Shown here in pieces: positions 35,901-48,911 of a stretch of 64,000 bases of DNA. The translations under genes were made by a program, and so were the position numbers. The stretch's first letter is position 1; each line of letters starts with the position of its first letter. The notes beneath the pieces were generated by a model. It saw only the letters and a list, made by a program, of their open reading frames with translations. It searched no databases and was not told where the DNA came from. Origin of the DNA: Mustelus asterias (lineage: Eukaryota); the NCBI RefSeq assembly GCF_964213995.1, contig NC_135805.1:74214001-74278000 (forward strand), written 5' to 3'.

Positions 35901-38900
35901 AAGTAGTATAATTTTCATTGGACATTTATTATAATAGCTGCTATCTGTTTTTTTGTTAAACTGGGAGCAATGTAACCTGTCAACTAAATCAAAGTTATAA
36001 GCTCCTGGACTATTTTGTGTATCCTTACATAATTGTTCAAAAAAAGCAGTTTGTACTTGAGTATTGTAATTCTGTCCCCTTATATTTTTCTGTCAGAATC
36101 ATCAGTACAAGACTGCCTCACTCAGGTTTCCATGTTACTGTTCCTGGGTATTGTTGTAAAATACCTAATTTGAAATCATTTCAGGCAAGCTGTAGGTGTA
36201 AGCATGTGAGATCAACTCTGCAGAGAAGAGAGATGTGACATTTTCGGACATTCTGATTTTTTTTTCCTCTAAAGAGGAAGGAATGATTTTTTGTGTTTAA
36301 TGTATTTTGAAAGTGTATTTTCAAAGATTTGGAAAGAAATACACAGCACTGATCATTAGTTATCCTGTCCTTGGTAACTTAACAGAACATCAGCACCAGT
36401 TCTGGTTAGGTCTGTTTTTGTTAGGCCAGTATGATGGGTCTGGTGAGAATATACTTTTGAAAGAATTAATAATCAGCTTGGTCGATTGGGCTATTGAGGA
36501 ATCTCTGGGAAAGTGTTGGAGACCTTGCGCTGCTTCACGTGGAGTCATAGACCCAGATCGTCTAAGCAGTGGCAATGATAATCCGATCGCTGCTGAGTTC
36601 ATAAATCCCCCTGAGCCAACACTGCCGGACATTTCTATCATGGTCTTCCAAACCCATCTTTCACCGAAATGCACAGCACAACTCCACTCGGGGGAAATCC
36701 ATTGAAACGGAGTGAATCACGGAAAAACAGAACATGTTGATTTTTTTTTCAACAGTAGCTGCTGTATGCTAAGTTTACTTATTAATTTTGAATGTTAGTG
36801 AATAGGTCAATGAATGAATGGGTAGGTGAAAGATGTCTAAGTGGGTAAGGTGGGTTAGGGATTTGGTGGGTGACTGGGTAGTCAGGTCATGGTATTAGTA
36901 AGGTAGGACAGTCAGGTTGGGGGTAGTTGGGTCTGGGGGATAGTCAAGTCAGGAGGGTGGTTGGGTTGGAGGGGTGGTTGTGTCAGGTCAGGATGTAGTC
37001 AGGGTGTAGTTACACAGGAGTTAGACCAGGTTTTAATCTGTCTGAACATTTCATAGAATCCATACAGTGTAGAGGGGGACCATTTGGCCCATTGAGTCTG
37101 CACTGACTCTCTGATAGAGTTTCTTATCCAGGTTCGCTCCTACACTCTATCTCCGTAACCCCACATTTACCATGGCTAATCCATCTAACCTATATAACTT
37201 GGGACACTAAAGGCAATTTAGCTTGGCCAGTTCAGCTAACCTGCACATCTTTGTTCCTGTGTAACTGTTCCGGTAAGTACTGCAGAACTATCTGAAATTG
37301 CAGTAGTGCTGAACGCTCAGAGTTGTAGGGCTGGATGAGGTGACAGAGATAGGGAGGAATGAGGGATTTGGAAACAAGGATAAGAATTTTAAAATTTTGG
37401 TGTTTCTGGACTGGAAGTCAATTTAGATAGTGTAAGGATTGTGGATGAACAGAACTTTGCGTGAGCCTGTGGGCAGCAGAACTTTATGGATGCTGGAAGT
37501 TGGGAGGCCACCCTGCACAGCATTGGAATATTCAGATAGTACAGGGAAAGTAGCACTTGAACAGTCAGCCAGCTTTAAAATAAGACACTGAGGAACCTGG
37601 AAACTGAAATACAGGAGATATGTTTTTGCAGTTTATAAGTTGCCAGTTACGGTCACAAGGGTGTTCAATGATATATAAAAATATAATTCTATATAATACC
37701 AAGTTATAATACTCATTTGGAGAGGCAGTGCAGACACAATGGGCTGAATGCCCTCCTGTATCATAACAAGACTGTGATTCTAGTCTGTTGTTACATCCTT
37801 GGTTTATGTTTCTATATATTTTTAGATATTGGATAGTACAAGCACCTTGTTGAAAGTGAGATGCTCAAACTGCTTGTGGGAATGATCCACACCACTGTAC
37901 TCGAAATTATCTAAGGTAGATGAGACACTGGTAAGAATACCTTCTGCCAGTGTGAATCTTGCATAGGAGTTCAAATGTAAAATTTACCATTTTGCTGACC
38001 CACAATTGGTAGAACGAGTTTGACCTCGGGTATACAAGTGCCTGTTGGTACCAAACTTAAAAATGTTGACTTTTCTCTGCTACAGTCATCAAAGTCAAAC
38101 TTGTCACTCCTCATTGGGTTATATCTGGAAAGCACTGTTAGTATGGCATCCAAAATGTGCTGTGATAATGAAGAATCAAGAACTTCACATATTTGTATTA
38201 TTTTGTATTGTGCTGTTTTACTTTTCTGATTTCAGTAGAGGTTTATAGAAAATTAACTCCTTATTGACCACATTAGCGCGATCTACAATCTGTTCAAAAA
38301 AATGATCAGCTGTTAAGTTTTGTTCACCCATCATTCCTGTGAGTGCTAATTTACGTCGGTTCCTGTTTGAATACTGCCTCAATTTTTAAATTCTCAATCT
38401 TATTTTCAAAATAGGGAGCCTCCTCTCTCTCCCCCCCCCCCATCTCTATAACTCCTACAACATGCACCCCACCATCTCCACCCCTAAATCTCTGTCCCTC
38501 ATATTATGGCCTCCTCTGCATCCTGGAATTTCATTGCTCTGTTACTGGCATCTCCACAGTAGTCTGGGCCCAAGGCTCCGTAATTCCCAAACTAGAGCAT
38601 TTGCCAAGCTTTTGTCCTAATATCTGTGGTTCCAGTGCAGGTTCTGTTTGATAATGCTCCTATGGAGCACCTTGGGATGCCTCACCACTTTAAAGGTGTT
38701 AATCAAATGCAAATTGCTTTGGTTATTTTTAATTAGGATAAGGATGTACAATAGGACATAAACAAAGTCAGGTACAGCATGTTGTTTGTTTCCAATTGTA
38801 ACTCTTCTGGCTTTTTTCTATTTCAGTTGTGTTGGCATCACTGACTAATATCGGTATTCCACCAACCACGCTAACTAAACCAGGTATGAGCTGCTGAGAT

Positions 38901-38949
38901 GGTAGTACTGATAATGTAAACTTTAACTTTGAAATGGAAATAATCTAAA

Positions 38950-39830
38950 GATGGGTTTTGAAGATTTCAAGTGATGGGGCTGTGATTATTTCCTTTGGCA
39001 GCTTGTTTCATTGTGGGGTTGTCCTTTAGAAGAAATACTGTTGATACAATATCTTGGAAACAAATGGTCTTTGTTGTTTGTGTGGATGACTCCCTTGTTT
39101 TGTCATTGGGGGGGGGGGGGGGGTTGGGTTACCATATTTTATAGAGCATGATCAGTCTGTTTTTATCCATCATTTTCTGTAATGATTCCAATTCCAAATC
39201 TTCGATCAAGGATGTGACACTGGTGTGTTCCTCATACTGATTCGTACAGCCCTCTTTGTTGACGGTTTCAATGTTATTTATAACCTTTGCCATTTAAGGA
39301 TCCCACACACAACTTGCATAGTACAGTACTGGATGAACAAATGTATTTTTTGATGCAATGTCAAAGGTTCCTTCTCAGAAATCCAAGAACCCTGTTTGCT
39401 TTGGATGTTATCTGCTGAATGTGTTATTCCTACTGAAGACTGTTCTTATGTTGAACCCCCAGGCAGACTGTGTATCTACTTGTTGGAGAATTTAATGACA
39501 GAACTTAAAGATATCTATTGGTGGTGGTGCACATGACATAGCATTTTTGGCTTGGAATGTCATCTAATGCCATTCTGCAATTCCAGAAGATTATCTTGTA
39601 GTGAATTGATACGATCTTGAGTTTTCTCTGATGCATAAACCACCCACTGCAAATATCGCAACTTTTTTTTAATTTGCGAAGATCATTTATATATGTCAAG
39701 AAGCATAACGGTCTCGACACATTCCCTTGGGATACCACAGTGAGGACATTTCTAGGAGAGGTTGATTCCCCACCACATCCTACTCTGTTTATCTTTCTCT
39801 GTTGATAATAAATTGTTGCATCCAATTTAA
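38950..39830 (-). mobile_element. Very degraded LINE RT remnant
   Basis: VSQGNVSRPLCFLTYINDL resembles GVPQGSVLGPLLFLIYINDL. Confidence 0.6.
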
Positions 39831-40258
39831 TAGCTTTATATCTGTAATCAGCTTTCTAAATAGATTGTTACAGCTTTTTTACACATGGATCTCAAAAATA
39901 TTTACAGTACAAGAATAACTGCTGGTAAGTTTTGTCAATTATGACAATAGATCATTGTACTGAAACGTTAGCTCTTTCTCTTTTCCAGAATTCTCTATTT
40001 ACCGTTTCAACACCCGCGGTGCTTTGCTTCCATGCCAACTTTTACAGTTGGCAGCTTTGCATTTACTACAACTGCATTAGAGTACCTTGTTTTTCATACT
40101 ATAAATCCCGCCCTTTGTTTTTAGGACAAATACACTCACATTTTGACCTGCTGTTGTCTTTCAGTAAAGGATTAAAATAATCGTAGCTTCGCTATACTGT
40201 GACCACAACGAACTTCACAAATTCTTCGGTCTCATTTCCTACAAACTGGCACCTATCC

Positions 40259-40723
40259 TCATACCAGCAGGGTGATGAGAGCGCGATCATCCCTTCCCTG
40301 CCAAAGCATTTCCCCATCAAAGTGGACCAGACCGTGTTTCCTCGCTCGCAGCAGGATCCCCACCACTTTATTGGAAATTGTCACGTAGGCATCAAACAAT
40401 CTCCCAAAAGTTACGCAAATGTTTCCATCCGGTCCGGCTTCTCCGCACCTCCTAATAATAGAAAGCAACTCTTCGACTTCTTTCCCGACCAGGGCATGTG
40501 CATCTTTGCCCCGCTGCTCGGTCTTAGTTCCCTTCTGGGGATGCCCGTAATCTTCTCCCTCTCTCTGCAGCCGCAAAGTCACCGCATGGGAGCCACTGAA
40601 AGGATTGCACCTCTGGTACTCCCGGTGGTCATCAGCCCATTCCTGCCACTTGCGCCTCAGTCTGGCTGTTCCGTCCAGTCCCGGCGCCTCTGTCACTTTC
40701 TGATTGCCTCCACTTTCTGCCAT
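40259..40723 (-). CDS. Actin-binding Rho-activating protein (ABRA/STARS)-like Costars-domain protein, single coding exon, 154 aa
   Basis: KWQEWADDHREYQRCNPFS, DYGHPQKGTKTEQRG and VTFGRLFDAYVTISNKVVGILLRARKHGLVHFDGEMLWQGRDD are ABRA C-terminal motifs; intact ORF with in-frame TAG 11 codons upstream. Confidence 0.93.
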   Translation of the reverse strand: MAESGGNQKVTEAPGLDGTARLRRKWQEWADDHREYQRCNPFSGSHAVTLRLQREGEDYGHPQKGTKTEQRGKDAHALVGKEVEELLSIIRRCGEAGPDGNICVTFGRLFDAYVTISNKVVGILLRARKHGLVHFDGEMLWQGRDDRALITLLV

Positions 40724-41654
40724 TTGTTTCCCCCAACGTAATGTTAGGATCCTCTAATCCTGCAAGGTTTTCTCGGACATGTCTTTCCCCAGAATAACCC
40801 GCAGGCTGGACAGTCGGATTCGCTTTTATCTTGTGCACCCGCGCATCTTCTGACTGACATTGGAGAGTTGCAGCTTGGTGTTGCCTTTCCAAACCCCGGG
40901 CTGCAGCCTTGGACTGAGGGTCACCGAACCAGGGCGGGATCATTATGATTGACAGTTTAATCAGCCAATAGAAGAAGACACTCCATCAGGGCACCAATGG
41001 CGAAGAACAGAGGATGGGAGTGCCTCCTGTCCATTGGACAATGTTGTCTCCCAGTCATTCTGATAGTGCTCACAATCCCGAATTGTAGATGGAATATTCG
41101 CTCTTTAGTCTACCCGCTTCTTTTGAGTTAAATTCGCAGCTCTGCTATGCTCAGGAAGTTGGCAAGATTCAAATAGATTTGAAGCAGCGAGTTAAAAGGA
41201 AAGATTAGCATTTACATCGCAGGGCCTTGCATGACCTCAGGACGTCCCAAAATGGCAATGAAGTACTTTTAAAGTGTGCTCACTGCTGTGTTATGGAAAT
41301 GAGGACACATGGGGAAACTATTGACCAATGTCAAGGACAAACCCCATTCTTATTTGGAGAAGAATGCCTGACTGGGAGACAAACAGCCGGATAGATTCAA
41401 GTCTGACTCTAACTTTATTGGGTTCTTTGAAGTTGGAGAGAGGGTTGACGAGGGATGTTGTCCATATGAACTTTTAAAAAGCATTTGATAACATACGATG
41501 TAACAGATACACAGTGGTTGATTTGATGATCAGCCATGATCATAATGAGTGGCAGAGCAGGCTCGAAGGGCCGAACAGCCTACTCCATTTCTAGTTTCTA
41601 TATACTATGAAAGGATGAAACCTGGGCAGCATATTGAACCCTTGGCAGGGAGAC

Positions 41655-41953
41655 ATAGAAATCATAGAATCCTGCAGTGCAGAAAGAGGCCATTCGGCCC
41701 ATCGAGTTTGCACCAACCACAATCCCACCCAGGCCCTATCCCCATATTTATCCGCTAATCCCTATGCATCCCGGGACACTAAGGGGCAATTTAGAATGGC
41801 CAATCAACCTAGCCCGCACATCTTTGGACTGTGGGAGGAAACCGGAGCACCCGGAGGAAACTCCACACAGACAGTGATCCGAGCCGGGAATTGAACCCAG
41901 GTCCCTGGAGCTGTGAAGCAGCAATGCTAACCACTGTGCTACCGTGCCGCCCC
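41655..41953 (-). mobile_element. V-SINE/HE1-like element
   Basis: Full head accgtgccgccc and catagaaatcatagaatc tail. Confidence 0.9.
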
Positions 41954-42409
41954 ATATGTTTATGGCAACTGCAAGAAATTCGCAAGAATTAGTTTACTGT
42001 TGAGAAGGAGAGTTGAAAACCACTATACATACCTTTTATAGATACCTCTTTTTCAGGGCAACAATTTCTGATGGAGAGAATTGGTAGATGATCTGATTTC
42101 TACCCTTTTCTCTGCTTATTTTCAGCTGGTTAATGCCGTATGCTCCATCTGCTTCCTTGGAAACATGAAGCAATTTTAACGGAATTGTCCCCCTGAAACA
42201 GCAAGATTTTTTTCAGTTTCTGTATTTCTATACTATAGTTACTGTTCACTACACTGAATTTCATTTGTAATCGTATGTTTTGTTTTAACTTAATTTCTAC
42301 TCTGTGAATGTGGAAAGATCTGTGAGTTTTTTGTATAAAAAAATCAAAAATGGTTATATTGAGATGCTGAAGCAAACAATTTTAAATACGAATATAAAAA
42401 ATAAAAGCA

Positions 42410-43340
42410 TATAAGACTATAAAAAATTGGTCGACATTCCTTACATCACTTCCTTGCCCTTTCCTCGTAACCCTTAATTCCCTCACTGATCAAAAATCAA
42501 TCTATCTCAGCGTTAAATATACACAAGGACTCTGTCCCCACAGCTTTCCATTGCAAGGAGTTCCAAAGATTCTCAAACCTCTGAGAGAAGAAATTCCTCC
42601 TCATCTCAATCTTAAATTTGCACCCTTTATTCTGAGACTATGCCCTCTGGTCCTAGGCTCCCCCGTGAGGAGAAACATCCTCTCAGCATTTACCCTGTCA
42701 AGCCCTTTAAGAATCCTTTGTGTTTAAATGAGATCACCTCTCATTCTTCTAAATTTCAATGAGTCCCAACATTTCCTTATTAAACAATCCCTAAATATCG
42801 GGGATCCATACGAGTGAACCTCTTAATTGCGTCCGATGAAATAATATATTTCCTTAAATAAGGGAACCAAAACTGCTCACAATACTCCAGATGCAGTCTC
42901 ACCAGAACTTTGTACAGCAACACTTTCTTATCCAGATATTCCAACCCCTTTGAAATAAAGGCCTATATTCCATTAGCCTTCCTAATGCACCTGAGTGCTA
43001 GCTTTCTGTGCACATGTACACCCAAGTCCCTTTGTGTGGCAGCTTTCTCCAGTTCTTCTCCATTTAAATCGTATTTTGTTCTCCCTTCCAAAGTGAACAG
43101 TTTCACATTTTCCCATTTGCCAACTTTTTGCACACTTACTTAAGTGATCAATATCCCTTTGTAAACTGTTTATATCCTTCTGGAAACTTGCCTTCCCACC
43201 TATTTTTGTGTTGTCTGCAAATTTGGCTACAGTACGTTCGCTTCCTTCTTCCAAGTTATTAATATACATTGTGAACAGTTGAGTTTCCAGCACAGATCCA
43301 CAGGTCGCCAACTTGAGAAAGAAACCCCACTCGCTGTTTC
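42410..43340 (-). mobile_element. Degraded CR1 LINE fragment
   Basis: QLFTMYINNLEEGSERTVAKFADNTKIGG; cataaga tail. Confidence 0.85.
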
Positions 43341-43540
43341 CTGCCTGTATACACCAGTAATACTTAATGAATAGAATAACACAATTCAATTTGGAAGAAT
43401 CCGAAAAAAAAGCAAGGATGCATTGATAAGAAGATAAAATCTGGGCTAGTTTGCTTTCAGAGGTGGAGAATGAGTCAGCGCCGGAACCAATATTCGGGGA
43501 TGAGGAGGGGGTCGGGATTGTTTTGCTGACGGACGGGAAG

Positions 43541-43618
43541 ATGGCGCTGTCCAGTGGGAATGTGTGTCGGAGATTTTTGTTGCTTTTGGCTCAAGAAAAC
43601 CTGGAGTTCCGGCTCCCG
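43541..43618 (+). CDS. TRMT11: TRMT11 exon 1 (MALSSGNVCRRFLLLLAQENLEFRLP)
   Basis: aagATGg in CpG-rich region; AQExLEFRLP motif; CCG|gtgagt donor. Confidence 0.95.
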
Positions 43619-46600
43619 GTGAGTCCGAGTCAGGCTGGGTTCAGCCCCGCTGATATCAGGAGTGGGATTGTGACTGGAGCTGTGACTGAGCTCCACATTA
43701 GACCAGGCCCCACATCAATAACAATAGAAACCTCCGGAGAGACGGCGGCGGAGAATTTAGGGTTTCCTGCTGAAATTTCAGATTTCCAGCACCCGCAGCG
43801 TTTTGCTGCTGTTCGCGCGACACCAGCTTGTTATCCTGGATAAAGGATCAGTCCGTTCAGAAATGTCTGAGGTTTTTTTTTGCAGATCATTTGCTGAGGA
43901 CAGTCGGTGCCCTAGGTGTCCTAGTCTCGGTGTCTCTTGCAGCAATCAATGACAGGGCGGGTTGTCATGTTGTGATGGGCACCGATGATCCGCAAGATCT
44001 CTGGCATCTTTCAGTCTCTTTGTGGCTCCCTTTGAAAGGGTGAAACCTCCAGCCCCTCCCTGCAGGAGTTCTTACTTTCCTGGCTGGCAGTAATTTGGCA
44101 TAATGCTGGTGGGGTGGGTAAAACTGGGGGTGGAAATGAGCCCTACTATATGACCTAGGGCAGTGAAGTGGTCTTGACCCCTTAAAAACACCGCAGCATG
44201 TTTTTAAAAAAAGTAATTAACCCCTTGCATTAGGCATCGCTCCACCCAATGACAGCCAGACTTCAAAATATCCAGCTATTTGAGTTCATGTCAGTGTGGT
44301 TGCACATCACATTTTCATCAAAAATCTAGCTGAATGCATAGGGAAAACTTTCCACTGGATGACATGAAGATATGGCAGGTTTTCAGGACCGTAGATGTAA
44401 AAGATGTACATAATACATTTGGGTTGGGGGAATCTTCAAACATTTGTGCTCCAGTCATAGTGGAACAACATTTTAGGCATACTGCTTCATGCTGCTACTG
44501 TGCAGTGGTATTTTCCAGTAACAGGATGCAGCCTTCAATCCAAAAAGCCAAGCTGCCTACCACGCAATTCCATATTACGTATTTTGAGTGATGTTTGGTG
44601 CCAGTGCAATGCCACGTAGACCATACACCCCAACAATTGGCTGAACGAAACAACCAGCAAACAAACAATGTATTACAGACTGGACTCAACCAGTTTGCAC
44701 TTGCAAAACTCAAATAAAATGTCTACTGTAGATGTGACTTTGTGATTGTTCAGCAACTCCTACCTAATCTTAAATGTACTTATAGCTGCATGAAAAACCA
44801 ATTTAAGATAAGTTTCTAATGTGGCTCATTTGCACTTATTAGAAGTGACATATATTCACATTCAGGGAACCATTCTCTGCAAAGAAAAGGAATATGTTCA
44901 AGCTTTGTACCATTTTTGAATTACCCAGTAGAACCTATAGTTCCCATTGCTTTCTCCTTGACAGTGCCTCGACTAGAATGGACGACCAATCAGAATTGCC
45001 TGGCCAACCAATCAGCAGTACTTTTCTCTTGTAGTGTAAATTGCTGTTTGAATTTTGGCATTCTTGCATTTATCCTTATGAGTGGAAGCCAAAAAGCATT
45101 GGCAACATATTTCTCTTTTTAGCAACATACAAGTGCTGTACCATAAAGTGACTACTTTATAGTTCTTGTAAATTTGCTCCTTGATCATCGTCCCATTATT
45201 TGGTAGCCTATAGAAGAGTGCACTGAATAGAATAACTCCTCTATTGCTCCTTAATTCTAGTCAAATTGCCCCCTCAACTATATCATTCCTTTCCAGAGCT
45301 CAAATAATTTGATCAGTACTCCATGTCACTCTCCTATTTTTCCCTATCTTTCTTGCCAGGAATATTAAGATTCTAATCCTGCCCTTTGTACTACCTTGTG
45401 AAATGTCCTGCCCCATGTGCCTGAATATCTGTGGGTTGAGAATCAACCTGTTCAGTCACATGAAGACCCACGGCAGAGACTCACAGCCTTGAGGACATGT
45501 CATCCTCGAATCAAAGGACAGTCTACAATGGCAAATTGTGCCTGCAGCTCACTGACCTTATTTAATACACTCCATGTGTTTACACACATGCACATCAAAC
45601 CCTTTCCCCCAGTCTGATCCTTTCTTCCTATTTCTAGATTATCACTTTACTCTGTGCTACTTGCCTCTCCAAACCTTCTCCAAGGTTTTCATCTTAAGCT
45701 CATCACCTTGCCAAATTAATTTAAATCCTCCCTTCCCTCGCCCAATATTAATTAATTCATACGAGTGATGATTTGTCAGATTCTCTAGCATTTTGATAAC
45801 ATTTTAAAAAATTTTCCTCACTAGCCCATAAATAATGAGTTATTTTTGTAACGCTGTAAACTTTGCTGATGGTGCCATCCTATGCAGGAATAAATGTTTT
45901 GATAGTTTAGAGCACTGTTGTTTCTCCTTTTTATATCTACAGCCCCAGAAAATGGGTTGCTCGTTTCACAATGTAACTCACAAACTCAGGATCACTACTA
46001 GAAGGATAAAGACAACAGGCTTGTGGAAACATCATCAGAAGGTTCTCCTCCAAGTTACTCTGACTTGGAATGATATCGCCATTCCCTCATTGCTGGGTCA
46101 AAATCCTGGAACAATTGCCCTAATAATATCTTCACCACTCAGACTGCAGCAGTTCAAGAAGGCAGCTCACCACCACCTACTTGAAGGCCGTTAAGATGGG
46201 CAAAACTCTGGCTGTGCCAGCAATACCCACATCCTGTGAATTAATTCACAAAAAAACTCTTGAGTGTGTGTGCACGTTACCTAGCACAAGATCTGCTCTG
46301 GTAGTGCAAAATGAATAGCATTTTTCTGGTGATACGTTCTAGTCCAATGAAAGGAAAGCTGTTAGTTTTCAAGTTGAAGGTCAACACTGGTGAATTAGCC
46401 AGTATTCAACCTGTATACCACTGAGTGATCCTTCTAAACACGAGACAACATCACTGTCTCATTCGTAGTTCAAAGTTATTGATGTAAAAATATGAAGTAA
46501 GTGTCATCATTTTAATGCCTCTTGACTGCTGGTTGCTAATTCATTAGACTATCCTTCCTTGCCCAGAGTAATTCTCAAGACTATCATCACAGGTATGAAG

Positions 46601-46836
46601 AATTTTAGAAATCTTATTTAATATATTTTTATTCCTTAATATTTTTATGTCGCTATTATTAAGCAAATCTAAAGTGTTCCAAACAAAAGATAAAAGATTG
46701 CAGCCCAGATTGGAATGTTCTATGGTGTGATCAAGGAAGTGCGCAATGCGCCATGTTTCAAAAGGGTTTTTAATTCAGCTGCTTTTCAGAATTTATATAT
46801 CTGCTGTGCCAACCAATTTTTTTATTGTTGTTGCAG

Positions 46837-46902
46837 GAGCTTAAATCCCTGTTTTCCCTTTGCGGTGGACAATTAAGATATGAAGAAAACTTTGATGAAA
46901 AG
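46837..46902 (+). CDS. TRMT11: TRMT11 exon 2 (ELKSLFSLCGGQLRYEENFDEK)
   Basis: ttgcag| acceptor, AAG|gtaggg donor, 66 nt. Confidence 0.9.
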
Positions 46903-46970
46903 GTAGGGTACAGTTTCTACCATGAAATAATAATATAGTCACACTACGCTACATCTGCAGAATTATGGAT

Positions 46971-47024
46971 TTGTTTATAATTTGAAGTAATGTTACATTG
47001 TTTATAATTTGAAGTAATGTTACA
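46971..47024 (+). repeat. Perfect 27 bp tandem duplication in TRMT11 intron 2
   Basis: ttgtttataatttgaagtaatgttaca x2. Confidence 0.9.
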
Positions 47025-48374
47025 TTCTGATTCTGTGCTTTGCACATTGTTGTTTTCAATATTATGTAGACTGATTTGTTTGTGGGATTTTCAGTTTATG
47101 AGCTACGTATGCTCGTGACGATTGGCTGTGCAAGTATCTGTTTCTACATCAATAGTCAGAAAAGCCTTTTGAAGAAGCATTTCAAAGTACATTAATGAAT
47201 GTGAATCAAAATTTTAAGTAATTTTTAATGGCTGTTAATGACCACCATTTTCCACAATTGGCCCATATTATTCTATACTCTGCATTCCAGGCTAAATTGC
47301 CAGCCTAATTCTTCTATCCTTGTGGCTTCACTCGTGTTCTCCCAGGTACATTTTCACCCCCTCTGCCATCATACAAAATCATTGATTCCGCCCATCTGTG
47401 AAATGAGAAACTGAATTTAAGCCAGCAGGCAAACTACTGCAGACGTTCAAAACTTGAAATAAAAGGCGAAGCAACATCAATTGAGGGTTTTAAAATCTTA
47501 TGACCTTTGGTGTCTATTTTTTCCACATTCCTCTGTGAGACTCCTTGTGACATTATTCTATGTTAAAGTTGCTATATGAATAATGTTGTTCTTACAGACG
47601 CTGAAATGTCCGGTATCAAATTTTATGCCACAACAGGACAAATAATGGAAAAAATATAGAGATCACAAACCTTCGCCTGCTTAGTCTTAGTGCATTTAGA
47701 AATGAATAGTGCTGGGTGTCCCAAGTGTCCCCAGGGATCTGCAATTCCTAGGTTTGAGTGTTGGCTCTCGGATATCCAGGGACTGCAAGGTCTGTTAAAG
47801 GGAAAGTGTTACAAAAAGGGATGGGCTGTATCTGTCTGTGTAGCAATTGCCATAAATTCTTTGGACTTATTTCATGAACCATGAGCAGTTTGTGATGATA
47901 TTTGATTTTAGAGGTGTCACAAATCATCTCTCTGTTGCATAGGATTTGTGTGTTTAATGAGACTTTTCCACCTGTTTGTCTGAGTTGGAATTTTATTGTA
48001 AGAAGTCTCACAACACCAGGCTAAAGTGTAGAAACTTGATGCCTGTGTCTGTGGAATTGTGAATGTGTCTGTGGAATTTTATTGCCAGCTCTAATTCTTG
48101 ATGCAGTTTTCACTCACTTTTTCCAGTAGATGTGTAAAGCTGTTATGAAATGTTTGAAACTTCAAAGCGCATGTTTATTGGAGACAGATGAACATAAAGG
48201 TTCAGATTATCATAATGTTAAATAAATTCTGAAAATTTTCTCGATATTAAGTTCCACTTAAGCCAGTATTAAAATTTTGATTCACATTCATTTACATATT
48301 TTGAAAAACTTCTTCAACACAACGTTGCTGATGTTCCAAGGTGATTTATTGTACAAGTATATTTTTCTTTTCAG

Positions 48375-48448
48375 TCCCCGTTCTGGATTCTACACATTCC
48401 CTCTGAGCAGATGGCAAAAGGAATCATGAAGCGGACAGTGTGTGCAAA
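48375..48448 (+). CDS. TRMT11: TRMT11 exon 3 (SPFWILHIPSEQMAKGIMKRTVCAK)
   Basis: ttttcag| acceptor, AA|gtaggt donor, 74 nt. Confidence 0.95.
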
Positions 48449-48911
48449 GTAGGTGCTTCACATAATTGTAATTGATACACACGAGTTGGATAATAATATT
48501 CGCCTCTCTAATTATTTATATATTGCACTGTCTCCTGTGCTAATGGTGCCAGCCCCTGACATGTAGGAAATTCAAGAAGGAACTGGGACAGCAATTAATT
48601 TGGGGGTGCCCCTTGAAGATGTGGTTACTCCTGATCATCCTGTACCATATTTTATTGAAAAATGTGGAGAGTACATTGAATCTACACATTTGGATGTTAT
48701 GCAGATTTTCATAGAATATAATCATAGAATCCTTGCAGTGCAGAAAGAGGCCATTCGGTCCATCGAGTCTGCACCGACAACAATCTCATCCTGGCCCTAT
48801 CCCCGTAACCCCACATATTTACCCTATTATTCCCTCTAACCTACGCATCCCAGGACACTAAGGGACAATTTAGCATAGCCAATGCACCTAACCCACACAT
48901 CTTTGGACTGT

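Noticed and set aside
36830-37010. G-rich tract as a G-quadruplex element
   Set aside because: Low-complexity ggt/gggt sequence, probably within an old repeat; no evidence of function
40199-40943. 180 aa + strand ORF and 103 aa - strand ORF overlapping the ABRA-like gene
   Set aside because: Antisense and alternate-frame shadows with no recognisable motif
43451-43843. 130 aa ORF as an extended TRMT11 N-terminus
   Set aside because: Starts at TTG and reads through a strong CCG|gtgagt donor; ATG 43541 matches the known start
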